Shown: positions 7,710-17,386, counted from the stretch's first letter. The stretch: 27,572 bases of DNA from Candidatus Iainarchaeum sp. (GCA_038886995.1 JAWALG010000011.1:1-27572), one strand, 5' to 3'. Translations and numbers: made by a program. Notes: generated from the letters alone by a model not told the origin.

Positions 7710-8540
7710 TTAAATTTTTTCATAAGCTTTTTTCATCAGCATTGCGTCAAGCTCAATGTTTGGGCTTTCGCTTATAACTACGCCTTTGCAGTCAAATTGC
7801 TTTAAGGCCTTCAAAAGTTCTTTGTAGTTAAGGTCTGATTCTGGCAGATTGAGGTGGTTTCTCTCACCTTTTTCAGTGTAAGCTATGCCTGAAATATGGA
7901 TGTGCATTTCTTTCAGCGCTTCGCTTCCCAATGCTTTCTCTGTTTTTTCCAAGATCTCAGCAAACTCTTTGTATGAGTTAACCTTGCCACCGCTTCTCGC
8001 ATGCATATGTGAGAAATCAATGCAGGGCATAACTCCTTCGAGCTCAGCGCTAAGCGAAAGTATTTCCTCCAGTGATCCAAACTGTGAGCTTTTACCGGTT
8101 GTTTCAGGCCTAAGCCAAATCTTTGCATTATGGCTTTTAAGAAAATCTGCTGTCGCTTTTAACCAGTCCTTTATTCTTTTGTATGTCTCTGCTTGAGTTC
8201 TGCCTTGATAAAAGCCAGCATGGAAGCAGATGCTGAATGCGCCGCACTCATAAGCCCTTAAAGCGCTTTTCCTGAGGCGTTCCGCGCTTGCTTCCTGTTT
8301 TTCCTTTTCTGCAGAATTTAGGTTTATAAAGTAGGAAGCATGGCATGTAAGCACTACATCGTTGATTTCAGCAGTTTTTTTAACTTCAGCTGCGGACTTC
8401 TCGCTTACATTTATGTTCCTCACAAACTCTAATTCCATTGAATCCAAGCCCAATGCCCTGACCTTTTTTATCCCTTCAATTGTGTTGTAAGGCCTTGTGC
8501 TGAGAGGAATGCCAGCAGTCCCAAACCTTAACTTGTCCAT
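7710..8540 (-). CDS. nfo: Endonuclease IV / AP endonuclease 2 family (archaeal type)
   Basis: FGTAGIP, MELEFVR, HASYFINLNS, FHAGFY, RPETTGKSSQFG, DFSHMHAR, HIHISGI..GERNH, ISESP. GGTGG SD before ATG 8540. Confidence 0.9.
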   Translation of the reverse strand: MDKLRFGTAGIPLSTRPYNTIEGIKKVRALGLDSMELEFVRNINVSEKSAAEVKKTAEINDVVLTCHASYFINLNSAEKEKQEASAERLRKSALRAYECGAFSICFHAGFYQGRTQAETYKRIKDWLKATADFLKSHNAKIWLRPETTGKSSQFGSLEEILSLSAELEGVMPCIDFSHMHARSGGKVNSYKEFAEILEKTEKALGSEALKEMHIHISGIAYTEKGERNHLNLPESDLNYKELLKALKQFDCKGVVISESPNIELDAMLMKKAYEKI

Positions 8541-8551
8541 ACAAACCACCT

Positions 8552-9265
8552 TCAGCTTGCAACTTTATTGTTTTTCTCCTCTCCATTGTTCTTTGTGATT
8601 GCAATAAAGATTTCCCCAAAGAAAGTTTCTTGCCATAGGTTTATGCGTGCATCAGAGGCCAAAAACAAAAGGCATATGAAGGTTGTTACAACCTCGAGGA
8701 GTGTGCTTTTCTCTACAATGTGGGAAAAAAGCACAAGCCCTTGCTCATCTGCGCTATTGACAACCTTTTCATACACCTCTTCAATCTTTTTCCCAAGATC
8801 GTGCTTAAGCATCGTGGGCACATCTATTGCAATAATTTCTTTCCTTTCCTGAATTGCGCTTTTGCTTTTCGTTTTCTCAATAACTGCTTCAATCTCCTCA
8901 AGGAGCTCATCAAGCGTTACGCTGCGTTCCTTTATCCTGCTGATTGGCTTCAGCTCAGGCAACTCACCTATCTCTGGTAACTGTTCTTCTTCGGGCTCTT
9001 CAGTTGGCAACTTAATAGTGCGCGATTTCAGCTTAAGAAGAATTGCGCATGCAAGCATTGCATTTGCCGGAATTCTCAAATTGCTTTCCTTCATCTCTTG
9101 TATTTTTTGAAGGTATTTTTGTGAAAGCTCAACAATATCTATTGCCCACACATCCATCTTTTCTTTTTTAACAAGCTCTATAAGTATTGTTTTCCATGTT
9201 GGTTGCTCTATGAGGCCAACGAGATCAACATTTTTCTGTTCAAAGCCTGTGCCTTGTTCTTCCAT
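8552..9265 (-). CDS. scpA: Segregation and condensation protein A (kleisin)
   Basis: LIELVK..MDVWAIDIVELSQKYL, ANAMLACAILLKLKS, VTLDELL, TFICLLFLA..INLWQETFFGEI. Confidence 0.88.
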   Translation of the reverse strand: MEEQGTGFEQKNVDLVGLIEQPTWKTILIELVKKEKMDVWAIDIVELSQKYLQKIQEMKESNLRIPANAMLACAILLKLKSRTIKLPTEEPEEEQLPEIGELPELKPISRIKERSVTLDELLEEIEAVIEKTKSKSAIQERKEIIAIDVPTMLKHDLGKKIEEVYEKVVNSADEQGLVLFSHIVEKSTLLEVVTTFICLLFLASDARINLWQETFFGEIFIAITKNNGEEKNNKVAS

Positions 9266-9373
9266 GCTAAAAATATGCTTAAATGATATTTAAATGAGTA
9301 TGCAGCAGAGTTTTGTTTTGCTTTTTTCCTTTTAAAAGTTAGAATTTTAAAGTGCAGCCAATTCATCTAATAT

Positions 9374-10396
9374 ATGGATATTCTTTGTTTGTTAGTTTTA
9401 TTAGTAGCATCTTTGATTTTTCTCGTAAAAGCATCTGAGCTGGCAGTAAAATCGGCTGTTAAAATTGCGAAGATGCTTAGCGTTAGTGAGCTGGTTATTG
9501 GACTTACTATCATTGCTGTTGGCACATCACTGCCAGAGACAATTGCAGGCATCTTTGCAGCACTGCAAGGAAATGGTGACCTAATAATTGGAAATGTTGT
9601 TGGAGCCAACATGAGCAACCTCACATTAGTTTTTGGGGCAGCACTTCTTTTCTCAGCGATAAAGGTTGAAAGGTCAATTATTAAAAGGGATATTACAATC
9701 TTGGCATTTTCACTTGCCTTTCTCATGGCTGTAATGAGCATTGGGTTTACCGTTTCTTGGATTGACGGCATTGCACTTCTACTGATGTTCATTGCTTATG
9801 TTAGTTTCCTTTTCTTTACGATAAAAGGAAGCGAAAGGGAAAAAAACTTTTTAGATTTTATTCACTACTTCATAACAGCCAAGTACTTGCGTCACATTGT
9901 TTTGGGTAGCACATCAACACTTAAAAAAGGAGCCGAAAGCAGAGCAATTAAAAAAGGTCTTTTAAAGGAAATTTTAATCCTTGCAATATCATTAGCAGTG
10001 GTTATAACCAGTGCAAATTTTCTCGTGGACTCAGCAATTGGGGTTGCAGAAAAACTTAGCGTCAGTGCTGCTTTTATTGGTGCCCTTTTGGCGATAGGCA
10101 CAACATTGCCTGAGCTAAGTGTAACAATAAGCGCGGCAAAGCAAAACAAGGGCGGTCTCCTTCTTGGAAACATCTTTGGCAGTTGCATAACCAATACTCT
10201 TTTTGTTGTTGGCTTTGCAGCAGTATTTCGGGAGTTTCCAGTGTCCTATTTGGTTATAAATAAGTCAGCCATAGCCTTGCTTTTGATGATACTTATTGCC
10301 CTTTTGATCTTTGTTAAAAGAAAGCTTTCACGGAGGTATGCCATACTCTTATTTTCAGCGTATTTTGCATTTTTGCTCCTTTTTGCAGGTGCATAA
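9374..10396 (+). CDS. Calcium/sodium antiporter (CaCA family)
   Basis: Two alpha repeats: AVGTSLPE..GNVVGANMSN and AIGTTLPE..GNIFGSCITN; about 10 TM segments. Confidence 0.92.
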   Translation: MDILCLLVLLVASLIFLVKASELAVKSAVKIAKMLSVSELVIGLTIIAVGTSLPETIAGIFAALQGNGDLIIGNVVGANMSNLTLVFGAALLFSAIKVERSIIKRDITILAFSLAFLMAVMSIGFTVSWIDGIALLLMFIAYVSFLFFTIKGSEREKNFLDFIHYFITAKYLRHIVLGSTSTLKKGAESRAIKKGLLKEILILAISLAVVITSANFLVDSAIGVAEKLSVSAAFIGALLAIGTTLPELSVTISAAKQNKGGLLLGNIFGSCITNTLFVVGFAAVFREFPVSYLVINKSAIALLLMILIALLIFVKRKLSRRYAILLFSAYFAFLLLFAGA

Positions 10397-10399
10397 TGA

Positions 10400-10846
10400 A
10401 TGGCTGCAAGTTTTATTGAGCAGATCATGTATAAAGCTACTGAGAAAAAACTTGAAGAGCTGTGCGCAAAGAATGTAAAAACAGAGCATTTGGTTTCGCT
10501 TTCTCATGGCAGGACTGGCTCATATGACTTCTTTGCAGAGATAAACGGTTGCCTTTTCGGGTTTGAGATACTGTGCAGGCCAACTAAGGGAAAACTTAAA
10601 GAAAAGCTTGATTATTTGCCTTATGTTGACAGGTATGTTTTCGTAATACCTTCAAATTCCCTTAGCTTGTACAAGAGGAATGTTACCAAAGCTTTTGGGC
10701 CTGTTACAAGGCCTAAGTTCTTCCCCAGTGAGTTCAATAACAAAAAGATTTGCTTGTGGCTCTGTGATATTGAAAAAAGAAAAATAACTGTTTGCTCCAG
10801 GTTTAGTAAAGTAATGAATGTTTTGGTCAAAAAAGGCAATGATTAG
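10400..10846 (+). CDS. Hypothetical protein, PD-(D/E)xK restriction-endonuclease-like fold
   Basis: Pattern E..(GSY)D-FFAE..GFEI..K L..Y....D.YVFVIP. The canonical Lys after E-x is not present. Confidence 0.5.
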   Translation: MAASFIEQIMYKATEKKLEELCAKNVKTEHLVSLSHGRTGSYDFFAEINGCLFGFEILCRPTKGKLKEKLDYLPYVDRYVFVIPSNSLSLYKRNVTKAFGPVTRPKFFPSEFNNKKICLWLCDIEKRKITVCSRFSKVMNVLVKKGND

Positions 10847-10887
10847 CGCTTAGTTACATTTTTATTCTTTTCAGCGAAAAAGAAATT

Positions 10888-11307
10888 ATGCGCAGTGCAA
10901 AATTAACCAAAGATGACAGAAAACTTATTGAAAAAGCCCTTCATGTTATAATGGAAAACAGGTTAGAAACAAAATCAATATCTGCATCAGTTGGTGCAGC
11001 GCTTTTGTCCAAAAATGGCAAAAGCTTTGCAGCTACAAATATCAAAAATTACCTTTCTTCGCCAACATCAATTTGCGCAGAGCCAGCAGCAATAGCTGCA
11101 ATGTTTTCCTCAGGAGAGAGGAAAATAAAAACAATTGTTGCAGTTCATATGCCTGATAGAGGAAGCCAAAAATGGAGAATAATACAGCCATGCGGCGCAT
11201 GCAGGCACTTCATTAGCAGCTTCGGTAACCCCTGGGTAATAATATCAAAAACAAAGAAAGTTAAGCTGAAAGAGCTTTATCCCTTGGCTTTAAAACCTTA
11301 CAACTGA
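10888..11307 (+). CDS. cdd: Cytidine deaminase family (three-Cys Zn, tetrameric type)
   Basis: VGAALL..G, N, SICAEPAAIA, QPCGACRHFI, LKELYP. Confidence 0.85.
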   Translation: MRSAKLTKDDRKLIEKALHVIMENRLETKSISASVGAALLSKNGKSFAATNIKNYLSSPTSICAEPAAIAAMFSSGERKIKTIVAVHMPDRGSQKWRIIQPCGACRHFISSFGNPWVIISKTKKVKLKELYPLALKPYN

Positions 11308-11362
11308 CAAAAACTTTCTATGAAGCAAACTATTTTAATTTGCCCCAACAATTATTCTTTGA

Positions 11363-11435
11363 GGGCCCGTAGCCTAGTGGACAAGGCAGCAGCCTTCTAA
11401 GCTGCAGATCGGGGGTTCGAATCCCTCCGGGCCCA
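11363..11435 (+). tRNA. tRNA-Arg(TCT), intron-less, CCA not encoded
   Basis: Acceptor GGGCCCG/CGGGCCC, D-arm GCCT/AGGC, anticodon arm GCAGC-CT TCT AA-GCTGC, T-arm GGGGG-TTCGAAT-CCCTC, followed by ATTTT. Confidence 0.96.
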
Positions 11436-11533
11436 TTTTAGCAATACCTGTTTCGTCAAATAAGAATTCTAAAAAGGACAATTGACGAAACCAATTTAAA
11501 TATTCGGCTACAATTAATATTTAGGCGCTTTTT

Positions 11534-12247
11534 ATGACTGAGAAGCTTGCTGTTACAATGGCTGGCGAAATTGCCTTGAGCAATGACCCTGGCAGTAGCA
11601 TGAAAAAATGGCGAGAGATATTTGGGATAACGCAGACAGAGCTTTCGGAGCATCTTAAGGTTAGCCCCTCAACAATAAGTGACTATGAAGGAGGCCGCAG
11701 GAAAAGCCCAGGCATAGGTGTGATAAAGAGGTTTGTAAATGCACTAATTGAAATAGATACTAAAAGAGGAAGCCGCGTTATAAGGCAGCTCTTAAAGGAT
11801 TTTGATCCTGGTGAAGAAGCTTTTGACATACATGAGTTTACAAAGGCAATAACCGGAGCAGAATTTGCAAAACTAATAAAGGCAACTTGTATTGTGCATG
11901 AAGCTAGGTTAGCTGAAACAATGGTTTATGGATATACTTTCATTGACTCACTAAAGGTTATAATAGATGTTCCTGTGCATGAATACATGCATCTTTACGG
12001 AAGGACTCCAGAGCGTGCCTTAATATTTCAGAAGGTTTCAAACGGGCGCTCTCCAATGATAGCTGTAAAAATAGGGCGTTTCAGCACAGACATGAAGCCA
12101 GCAATAGTTGTTTTGCATGGCCCTGATGACCCAAAAAATATTGATGATGTCGCGAAAAAGATTGCAGAAACAGAAAGAATACCTTTGCTAGTTTGCAACA
12201 CACCGGTAAATGACATAAAACAGGCGCTAAAGAAGTTTGAGCTTTGA
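11534..12247 (+). CDS. Conserved archaeal XRE-HTH transcriptional regulator
   Basis: AGEIALSNDPG..KKWREIFGITQTELS..SPSTISDYEGGRRKSPG, YGYT.IDS, RALIF..VSNGRSPMIA, VVLHG. Confidence 0.88.
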   Translation: MTEKLAVTMAGEIALSNDPGSSMKKWREIFGITQTELSEHLKVSPSTISDYEGGRRKSPGIGVIKRFVNALIEIDTKRGSRVIRQLLKDFDPGEEAFDIHEFTKAITGAEFAKLIKATCIVHEARLAETMVYGYTFIDSLKVIIDVPVHEYMHLYGRTPERALIFQKVSNGRSPMIAVKIGRFSTDMKPAIVVLHGPDDPKNIDDVAKKIAETERIPLLVCNTPVNDIKQALKKFEL

Positions 12248-12252
12248 TTTGG

Positions 12253-12933
12253 CTATTTTTCTGTAGCTCTAAGCAGGTAGGTATGGCGCAACCGTTCTTT
12301 GCCATCTTTGTCAATGCCACGCAAAGTGCTCGAAGCTTTAAACCCAGTTTTGAACTTTTTTGCAACTGCCTTTGCAATCCTTTTTGCACTTCTGTTTGAT
12401 ATAACAAAGAGATCAACGCCTTTTTTGCTCTTACTTTTCTTTACAATATCTTCTTTTTCAATAGCAGTCAGAGAGTCTATAAAAGAAATAATACCTTCAG
12501 CATTTTTTTTGTCTGCCCTTATTTGTATTTCTGCTTCATAGTAAGCTGAGGCCTTTTTTATGCATTGATCACACTGCACTGGTTCATACTTTAATTCTAT
12601 GCTATATGTTTTCTCAACATTTTTTCCAAATGCCTTCCCTTTTACGAATACCTCTCCTTTGTAGCCATCAATGCCTTTTTCAATTTTTGCATCTAACGAT
12701 GGGCTCTCAACATAAAACTTCTTTATGTTTTCAGCCAAGATCGCCTTTAAGCTTTCATTGTTTTCCTTAACCCAATGCCTTTTTACGAATATTGCGCCGC
12801 AGCGCTTACATTTTTTTAAGTTTATTTTTCTGGGCACTGCTGCTAATTCATTTTCTTGGATATAGCAACTTTTGCATAGTTGGTTTATAAAAGGCCCTTC
12901 TTCAGAGCCACATTTTGGGCAGAAAAGCTTCAT
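12253..12933 (-). CDS. nmd3: NMD3-family ribosome biogenesis protein (compact archaeal form)
   Basis: CPKCG..LCKSC, CKRCG..W, CDQC..YYEAEIQIR, GVDLF, STLRGIDKDGKERLRHTYLLR. Confidence 0.85.
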   Translation of the reverse strand: MKLFCPKCGSEEGPFINQLCKSCYIQENELAAVPRKINLKKCKRCGAIFVKRHWVKENNESLKAILAENIKKFYVESPSLDAKIEKGIDGYKGEVFVKGKAFGKNVEKTYSIELKYEPVQCDQCIKKASAYYEAEIQIRADKKNAEGIISFIDSLTAIEKEDIVKKSKSKKGVDLFVISNRSAKRIAKAVAKKFKTGFKASSTLRGIDKDGKERLRHTYLLRATEK

Positions 12934-13724
12934 TTTGAGACACCAAAGTAGACAACTTGGTTAAGCACATTTTGGTATGTGAATATTACAACTAACAGCA
13001 GTCGTTCTATGAAGAATAGCACAATAAAAATTGGCTCAAAAACTGCAGCAAAAGAAAAACCAAGGGAAACTAATGCAGAAGCAAGTGATATAACTGAGGC
13101 ACCTAAAACCGTGCCTTTATTTTTCTTTACCAGTTTGAAATTATTCTTTAAGCACTCAGCTACCGGCTTATCTTCTAAAACTATTGTTGGATAAACGAAA
13201 TAAAATATTGCCACAATAAGAATGGTGCCCAGAAGAGTTAACAGACCCCCAAAGATAGCAGTGCTCAAGAAACTGCCACTAGCTTTAGCAAACTGCATCT
13301 GTGCGATGCTTATCGGCAAAGAAACAATTAGGACCAATGCAAGGCCGATTGGCACTATCCTGAAAGTGTTTTTTAGCGAGTTGCGGAATGCTTTTCCCAA
13401 TGAAAGCTTTTTTTTCTTGTAATATTCCCTTAGGAGGAACGGGTACATTGCATTTACAAGTGTGTCAATTACGAAAGCAATCAGTGTTATCACTGCTATA
13501 AGCATAAGCTGCCAAAATAGCGCAGATATTGCATAGAATTCTTCTATAGATGGCGTATCACCTTTTACCATGACTTCAAAAAGTGCTCCGTTATTTACAA
13601 GCAGTTGGGCTAGCCATAGCAGAGGTATGCTATAAATTACTGCAACAAAAATTTTTGGTAGAAAAAGTTTTGGTTCTTTAAGCATGAGTTTAAATGCTTC
13701 TCTCGTAAAAATTAAGAGGCCCAT
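12930..13724 (-). CDS. Multi-pass membrane protein of unknown function
   Basis: About 6 hydrophobic segments with 'SLGKAFRNSL' and 'PTIVLED..ECLKNNFKLVK' linkers. TGATG/ATGA overlaps with both neighbours. Confidence 0.75.
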   Translation of the reverse strand: MGLLIFTREAFKLMLKEPKLFLPKIFVAVIYSIPLLWLAQLLVNNGALFEVMVKGDTPSIEEFYAISALFWQLMLIAVITLIAFVIDTLVNAMYPFLLREYYKKKKLSLGKAFRNSLKNTFRIVPIGLALVLIVSLPISIAQMQFAKASGSFLSTAIFGGLLTLLGTILIVAIFYFVYPTIVLEDKPVAECLKNNFKLVKKNKGTVLGASVISLASALVSLGFSFAAVFEPIFIVLFFIERLLLVVIFTYQNVLNQVVYFGVSK

Positions 13725-14998
13725 CACTCACCAACTTTTATTGTCTTTCCAAATGCAAGTGCTTCAGCTTCTATGCCAAGATCGCTTCTTACCTTTTCTT
13801 TCAATGCATCTATCTTTTCTGGCTCTCCATGGACAATAAAGACCTTTTGAGGTGCCCATTTGTTTATTGCATGCAAAAGCTCATCTTGGCCAGCATGTGC
13901 TGAGAAATCAAACTTTCTTATATCGCACTTTGGCCTGTAATCTTTGCCATCAATGTTTATAACGCCCTCTTCTATTAGCCGCCGTCCCTGTGTGCCAACT
14001 ACCTGGTAACCAGTGAGGAATATTGAAGAGTTTTCGTCATTATAGAGGTTCTTTATGTAATTCATTACGGGGCCACCTTCACACATGCCAGCAGTAGTTA
14101 TTATTATGCATGGTTCCTCTATGGCTCTTTTTCTCTGCGAATCTTTCCTTATCCAAATCGCCTTTTCTAGTGCCTTCTTAAGCGCTTTTGGATCTTTCAA
14201 ATATTGCGGATAGCGCATTGTCAAGGCAGCTGCTTTTTGCGCCATACCATCAATGTATACTGGTGCATCTACTTTATACTCGCTTAGAACATCGATAAGC
14301 TCGTGTGACCTGCCGACTGCAAATGCAGGCACAATAGCTACGCCGTTTCTCTCAACCGTTCGTATGCACGCTTCGACGAATTCCTTTTCAATCTTTTGCC
14401 TTTTTGGGTGGCTAGTGCTGCCATACGTTCCTTCTATTATAAGGTAATCAACTTTACCTGTCTTAAGGTCAGCTTTTCTCAAGAGCCGTGTTTCCTCAAC
14501 CTTGAAGTCTCCAGTGTAAAGAAGTGATTTTCCGTCAAAGTTGAGTTTAGCCATTGAGGATCCAACAATGTGGCCAGCGTCAAAAAACTCTAGTGAAATT
14601 TTTTCTGTAATCCGAAGATTTGTTCTGTAACCTATTGGAAATGAAAACCTACGTGTGCGCTTTATATCTGCTTTTGAAAATTTAGCGTCGATGCCTTCAA
14701 TGCCAGCAATTTTTAAAGAGTCGTGCCACAGCATCTCCGCAAGGTCCAGCGTAGGCGGAGTCAAATATACAATTGGCTTATTTTTTGTAAAAAGGTGTGG
14801 CAGGTCTCCAGAATGGTCTAAATGTGCATGTGATATTATTGCAGCATCGAGTTGGGTTTGCACATGCAGCGGATACTCAGTTTCTTCCGGTGTCAGCTTT
14901 ATGCCCCTATCTAGGAGTATTTTGTCACCAACATCCAATAAAAAGCTGCTCCGGCCAACTTCGCCACAAGCGCCAAGCCCAGTAATCTTAAAAGACAT
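13724..14998 (-). CDS. Beta-CASP metallo-beta-lactamase ribonuclease without KH domains (aCPSF2-like)
   Basis: GACGEVGRS, SHAHLDHSG, AGHIVGS, YTGD, EGTYG, PAFAVGR, TAGMCEGG, FSAHA, VHGE. Confidence 0.92.
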   Translation of the reverse strand: MSFKITGLGACGEVGRSSFLLDVGDKILLDRGIKLTPEETEYPLHVQTQLDAAIISHAHLDHSGDLPHLFTKNKPIVYLTPPTLDLAEMLWHDSLKIAGIEGIDAKFSKADIKRTRRFSFPIGYRTNLRITEKISLEFFDAGHIVGSSMAKLNFDGKSLLYTGDFKVEETRLLRKADLKTGKVDYLIIEGTYGSTSHPKRQKIEKEFVEACIRTVERNGVAIVPAFAVGRSHELIDVLSEYKVDAPVYIDGMAQKAAALTMRYPQYLKDPKALKKALEKAIWIRKDSQRKRAIEEPCIIITTAGMCEGGPVMNYIKNLYNDENSSIFLTGYQVVGTQGRRLIEEGVINIDGKDYRPKCDIRKFDFSAHAGQDELLHAINKWAPQKVFIVHGEPEKIDALKEKVRSDLGIEAEALAFGKTIKVGE

Positions 14999-15114
14999 CA
15001 GTAATCCTCGCTTAAATTAATAAGAGATAAAAATAATAAGCTTAAAAAAGGAATCATTAATGAAAAATGAAAAACATAGAAACCAATAAATATGTCTTGC
15101 GACCTAAATTCCTT

Positions 15115-16599
15115 GTGAAGAGAGAAATATTTGCCTTGGCACTCATATTACTTTCTTCATCAACATTTGCAAAGATCCCGCGAATTGATTGCAATCTTGA
15201 AATAAAAGGCCAAGAGGCCCTGGCATCGATAGCGATTAACCTTTACTCTGAAACTCCCATAAATTATTTTTCAGTTGAGATGCCTTTTCAAGGCAGTCGC
15301 ATAATAAAAATCTATGATTCTATAGGCAATATAAAGGACTATAGCATTCGCGACGGAAAGCTATTTGTAAAGACAAATTCCTCTGCGAAGAGGAAAGAGG
15401 ATGTCTTGAGGATTGAAGCAGTATACAGAGGCCTTGAAAAGGAAGAATTCCTGCAAGCACGAGTCCTAGAGTTTTCTGTTGCTGCAGATGATAACACTGA
15501 GCTTTATTTTCACGCCTATGGCCCTATTTATGGCTTTGATGCAAGTGCCGGCTTCAAGGGATCTATAAAAGATGGTAAACTATTTTTGGTTGGCTCAGGG
15601 CCGCTTTATGTAAGATTTGTTTACTCTGACACAGGCCAAAAGTTTGGGCGCTTTGTAGTTTTCGAAAGTGGATCGCTCAGCAGTGCGCACCTGCGCGAGG
15701 TTTTCAATAAAGTTGAGGACTTATACTTTGTTGTCCCCAATACACTTGGCATAGAACCAGAGCAAGATACATTTGCTGTTGTCGTGCTTAGCGATATTGA
15801 TTACAATAGCAGGATTAATGGTTACAGCAGAGGAATATATCTGAATGGTGGCCTTATATTGGTCAAGGAAAGCGCACTGCTTGATAAGACAGCAGCTGTG
15901 CCTGTAATTCTCCATGAACTAACACATTGCTTCAATGCAAAAGCCCTTTCCTGGAATTCGAGCAAAGCTGTTTGGCTTGATGAAGGTCTTGCAAAATTTG
16001 TAGAGTATCTCGCTTCTAGGAATTTAGGCCTAAGGACGCCAAACCTTTTCCTTGGCGAGCAATCTTATGCCGAAGGGCGCTACAAGTATACTATTAAGCC
16101 ATCAGGGGATTTCAACGAGCTTTGGATATACTATGATGGAAACCTTACTTATATGTATGAATGGAACGCTGAGAACCCAGATAGAAGGTCTTTTGGTTAT
16201 GCATTCTCAGAGCTATTTGTAAGGGCTTATGTGCTAAAAAATGGTTTTGGTAAGATGCATTACGCTATGCAGTCATTTCTGAATGAAACGGAAAATGTTT
16301 ACGACTCGAGGGAGTTTACCGAAAAAGCGCTGAAAAAGCTAGGCGCTTCTCTAGAGCCATGCAAAGCCAGAGACAAAGAAACAATGATTGGCTGCATAAA
16401 TGAGTTGAACAATTTTTTACCCGATATACCAAAAGCAAATGTTACTGTTGCTGGGCCTCAGCAGTCGCAAAAAACTGCCGATTTTGACATTGCTTCGGTT
16501 AGGGCTAGAAATATAACTTACAAGTTTCGTGAACTCCATGAAAAAATGCAGCAGTTCTTTGAATCTGTCTTTGATGAAGCCGAGGTGCTTTTGCAATGA
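15115..16599 (+). CDS. Secreted gluzincin metallopeptidase (M1/MA-like)
   Basis: VILHELTH..WLDEGLAKF (HExxH + downstream E), YAFS. GTG 15115 begins a signal-peptide-like KREIFALALILLSSSTFA; alternative start ATG 15067. Confidence 0.75.
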   Translation: MKREIFALALILLSSSTFAKIPRIDCNLEIKGQEALASIAINLYSETPINYFSVEMPFQGSRIIKIYDSIGNIKDYSIRDGKLFVKTNSSAKRKEDVLRIEAVYRGLEKEEFLQARVLEFSVAADDNTELYFHAYGPIYGFDASAGFKGSIKDGKLFLVGSGPLYVRFVYSDTGQKFGRFVVFESGSLSSAHLREVFNKVEDLYFVVPNTLGIEPEQDTFAVVVLSDIDYNSRINGYSRGIYLNGGLILVKESALLDKTAAVPVILHELTHCFNAKALSWNSSKAVWLDEGLAKFVEYLASRNLGLRTPNLFLGEQSYAEGRYKYTIKPSGDFNELWIYYDGNLTYMYEWNAENPDRRSFGYAFSELFVRAYVLKNGFGKMHYAMQSFLNETENVYDSREFTEKALKKLGASLEPCKARDKETMIGCINELNNFLPDIPKANVTVAGPQQSQKTADFDIASVRARNITYKFRELHEKMQQFFESVFDEAEVLLQ

Positions 16600-17006
16600 A
16601 AGTTTCAGTGAGTTGTGCTGCTGATGTGTGCAAGGTTCCAAAAGATGCCGAGGAGGTTCACTTCACTAGGCCACTGCCGGTTGACGCAATAATTAAGCTA
16701 ATCAAAAAATGCAAGAAACTCAAGGGCATAACTATGAGCAAAAATTCCCATTCCCGGCTATCAAAAAAAGCAAAAAAACTCCTTGAGAGCAAAGGCATAT
16801 CTGTTGCAATTGTTTCTGAGCGTGGGAATGCGCTTAGAGTTCCGCTTTTGAAGATAAAAACAGCAATTGAGATGCGTCGTGACCACAGGCCTTTGCGCGA
16901 AATTGAGCAGGTAACAGGCATACCAAAGAGCACTATCCACTATTTGGAGAAATACTCCAAAAGAAAAAAGGTAAAAAGCCGTGGCCTGGTAGTTTATTTG
17001 AAGTGA
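16596..17006 (+). CDS. DUF1699-like basic protein with C-terminal HTH
   Basis: EEVHFTRP..IIKLIKKC.KL..I..S..SRLSK..KLLE..GI resembles DUF1699. PLREIEQVTGIPKSTIHY is an HTH. Confidence 0.6.
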   Translation: MKVSVSCAADVCKVPKDAEEVHFTRPLPVDAIIKLIKKCKKLKGITMSKNSHSRLSKKAKKLLESKGISVAIVSERGNALRVPLLKIKTAIEMRRDHRPLREIEQVTGIPKSTIHYLEKYSKRKKVKSRGLVVYLK

Positions 17007-17062
17007 TTAGCCATAAAGCAAAAAAATAAAAATAACAACAATTATCTTTATTAGGTGGTTTT

Positions 17063-17386
17063 ATGGCAGGAGAGCTCTATAAACAAAAAATAATGGAATT
17101 TACTCGCAAAGGCAACATTGATAGGGTTAAATGGCTAGAGAACATTGACAAGTATGTACTGACCACTTATGCTGAAAGAATTGCATGCAACGACAAAAGT
17201 GTAATGCAGGAGCTAATGCTACCTAGTTGGGTTACATGGGAACTGCTTTACGATTGGGCACTTATGAAAACACAGAAAAAAGGAACCCAGTGCGTTCTTT
17301 GCGGTAACCACTGCGAGGTTGGCATTGATTTCAACAAGAAGTTTATTTGCGAATACTGTTTCCTAAAAATAAAGAATATGAAGTAA
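17063..17386 (+). CDS. Hypothetical protein with C-terminal CxxC-x16-CxxC zinc finger
   Basis: CVLCGNHCEVGIDFNKKFICEYC. AGGTGG SD upstream. Confidence 0.75.
   Translation: MAGELYKQKIMEFTRKGNIDRVKWLENIDKYVLTTYAERIACNDKSVMQELMLPSWVTWELLYDWALMKTQKKGTQCVLCGNHCEVGIDFNKKFICEYCFLKIKNMK

Noticed and set aside
11363-11435. tRNA-Arg as integration site of a mobile element
   Set aside because: No integrase, and I saw no duplicated tRNA end elsewhere in the window. The downstream gene is a conserved archaeal regulator.
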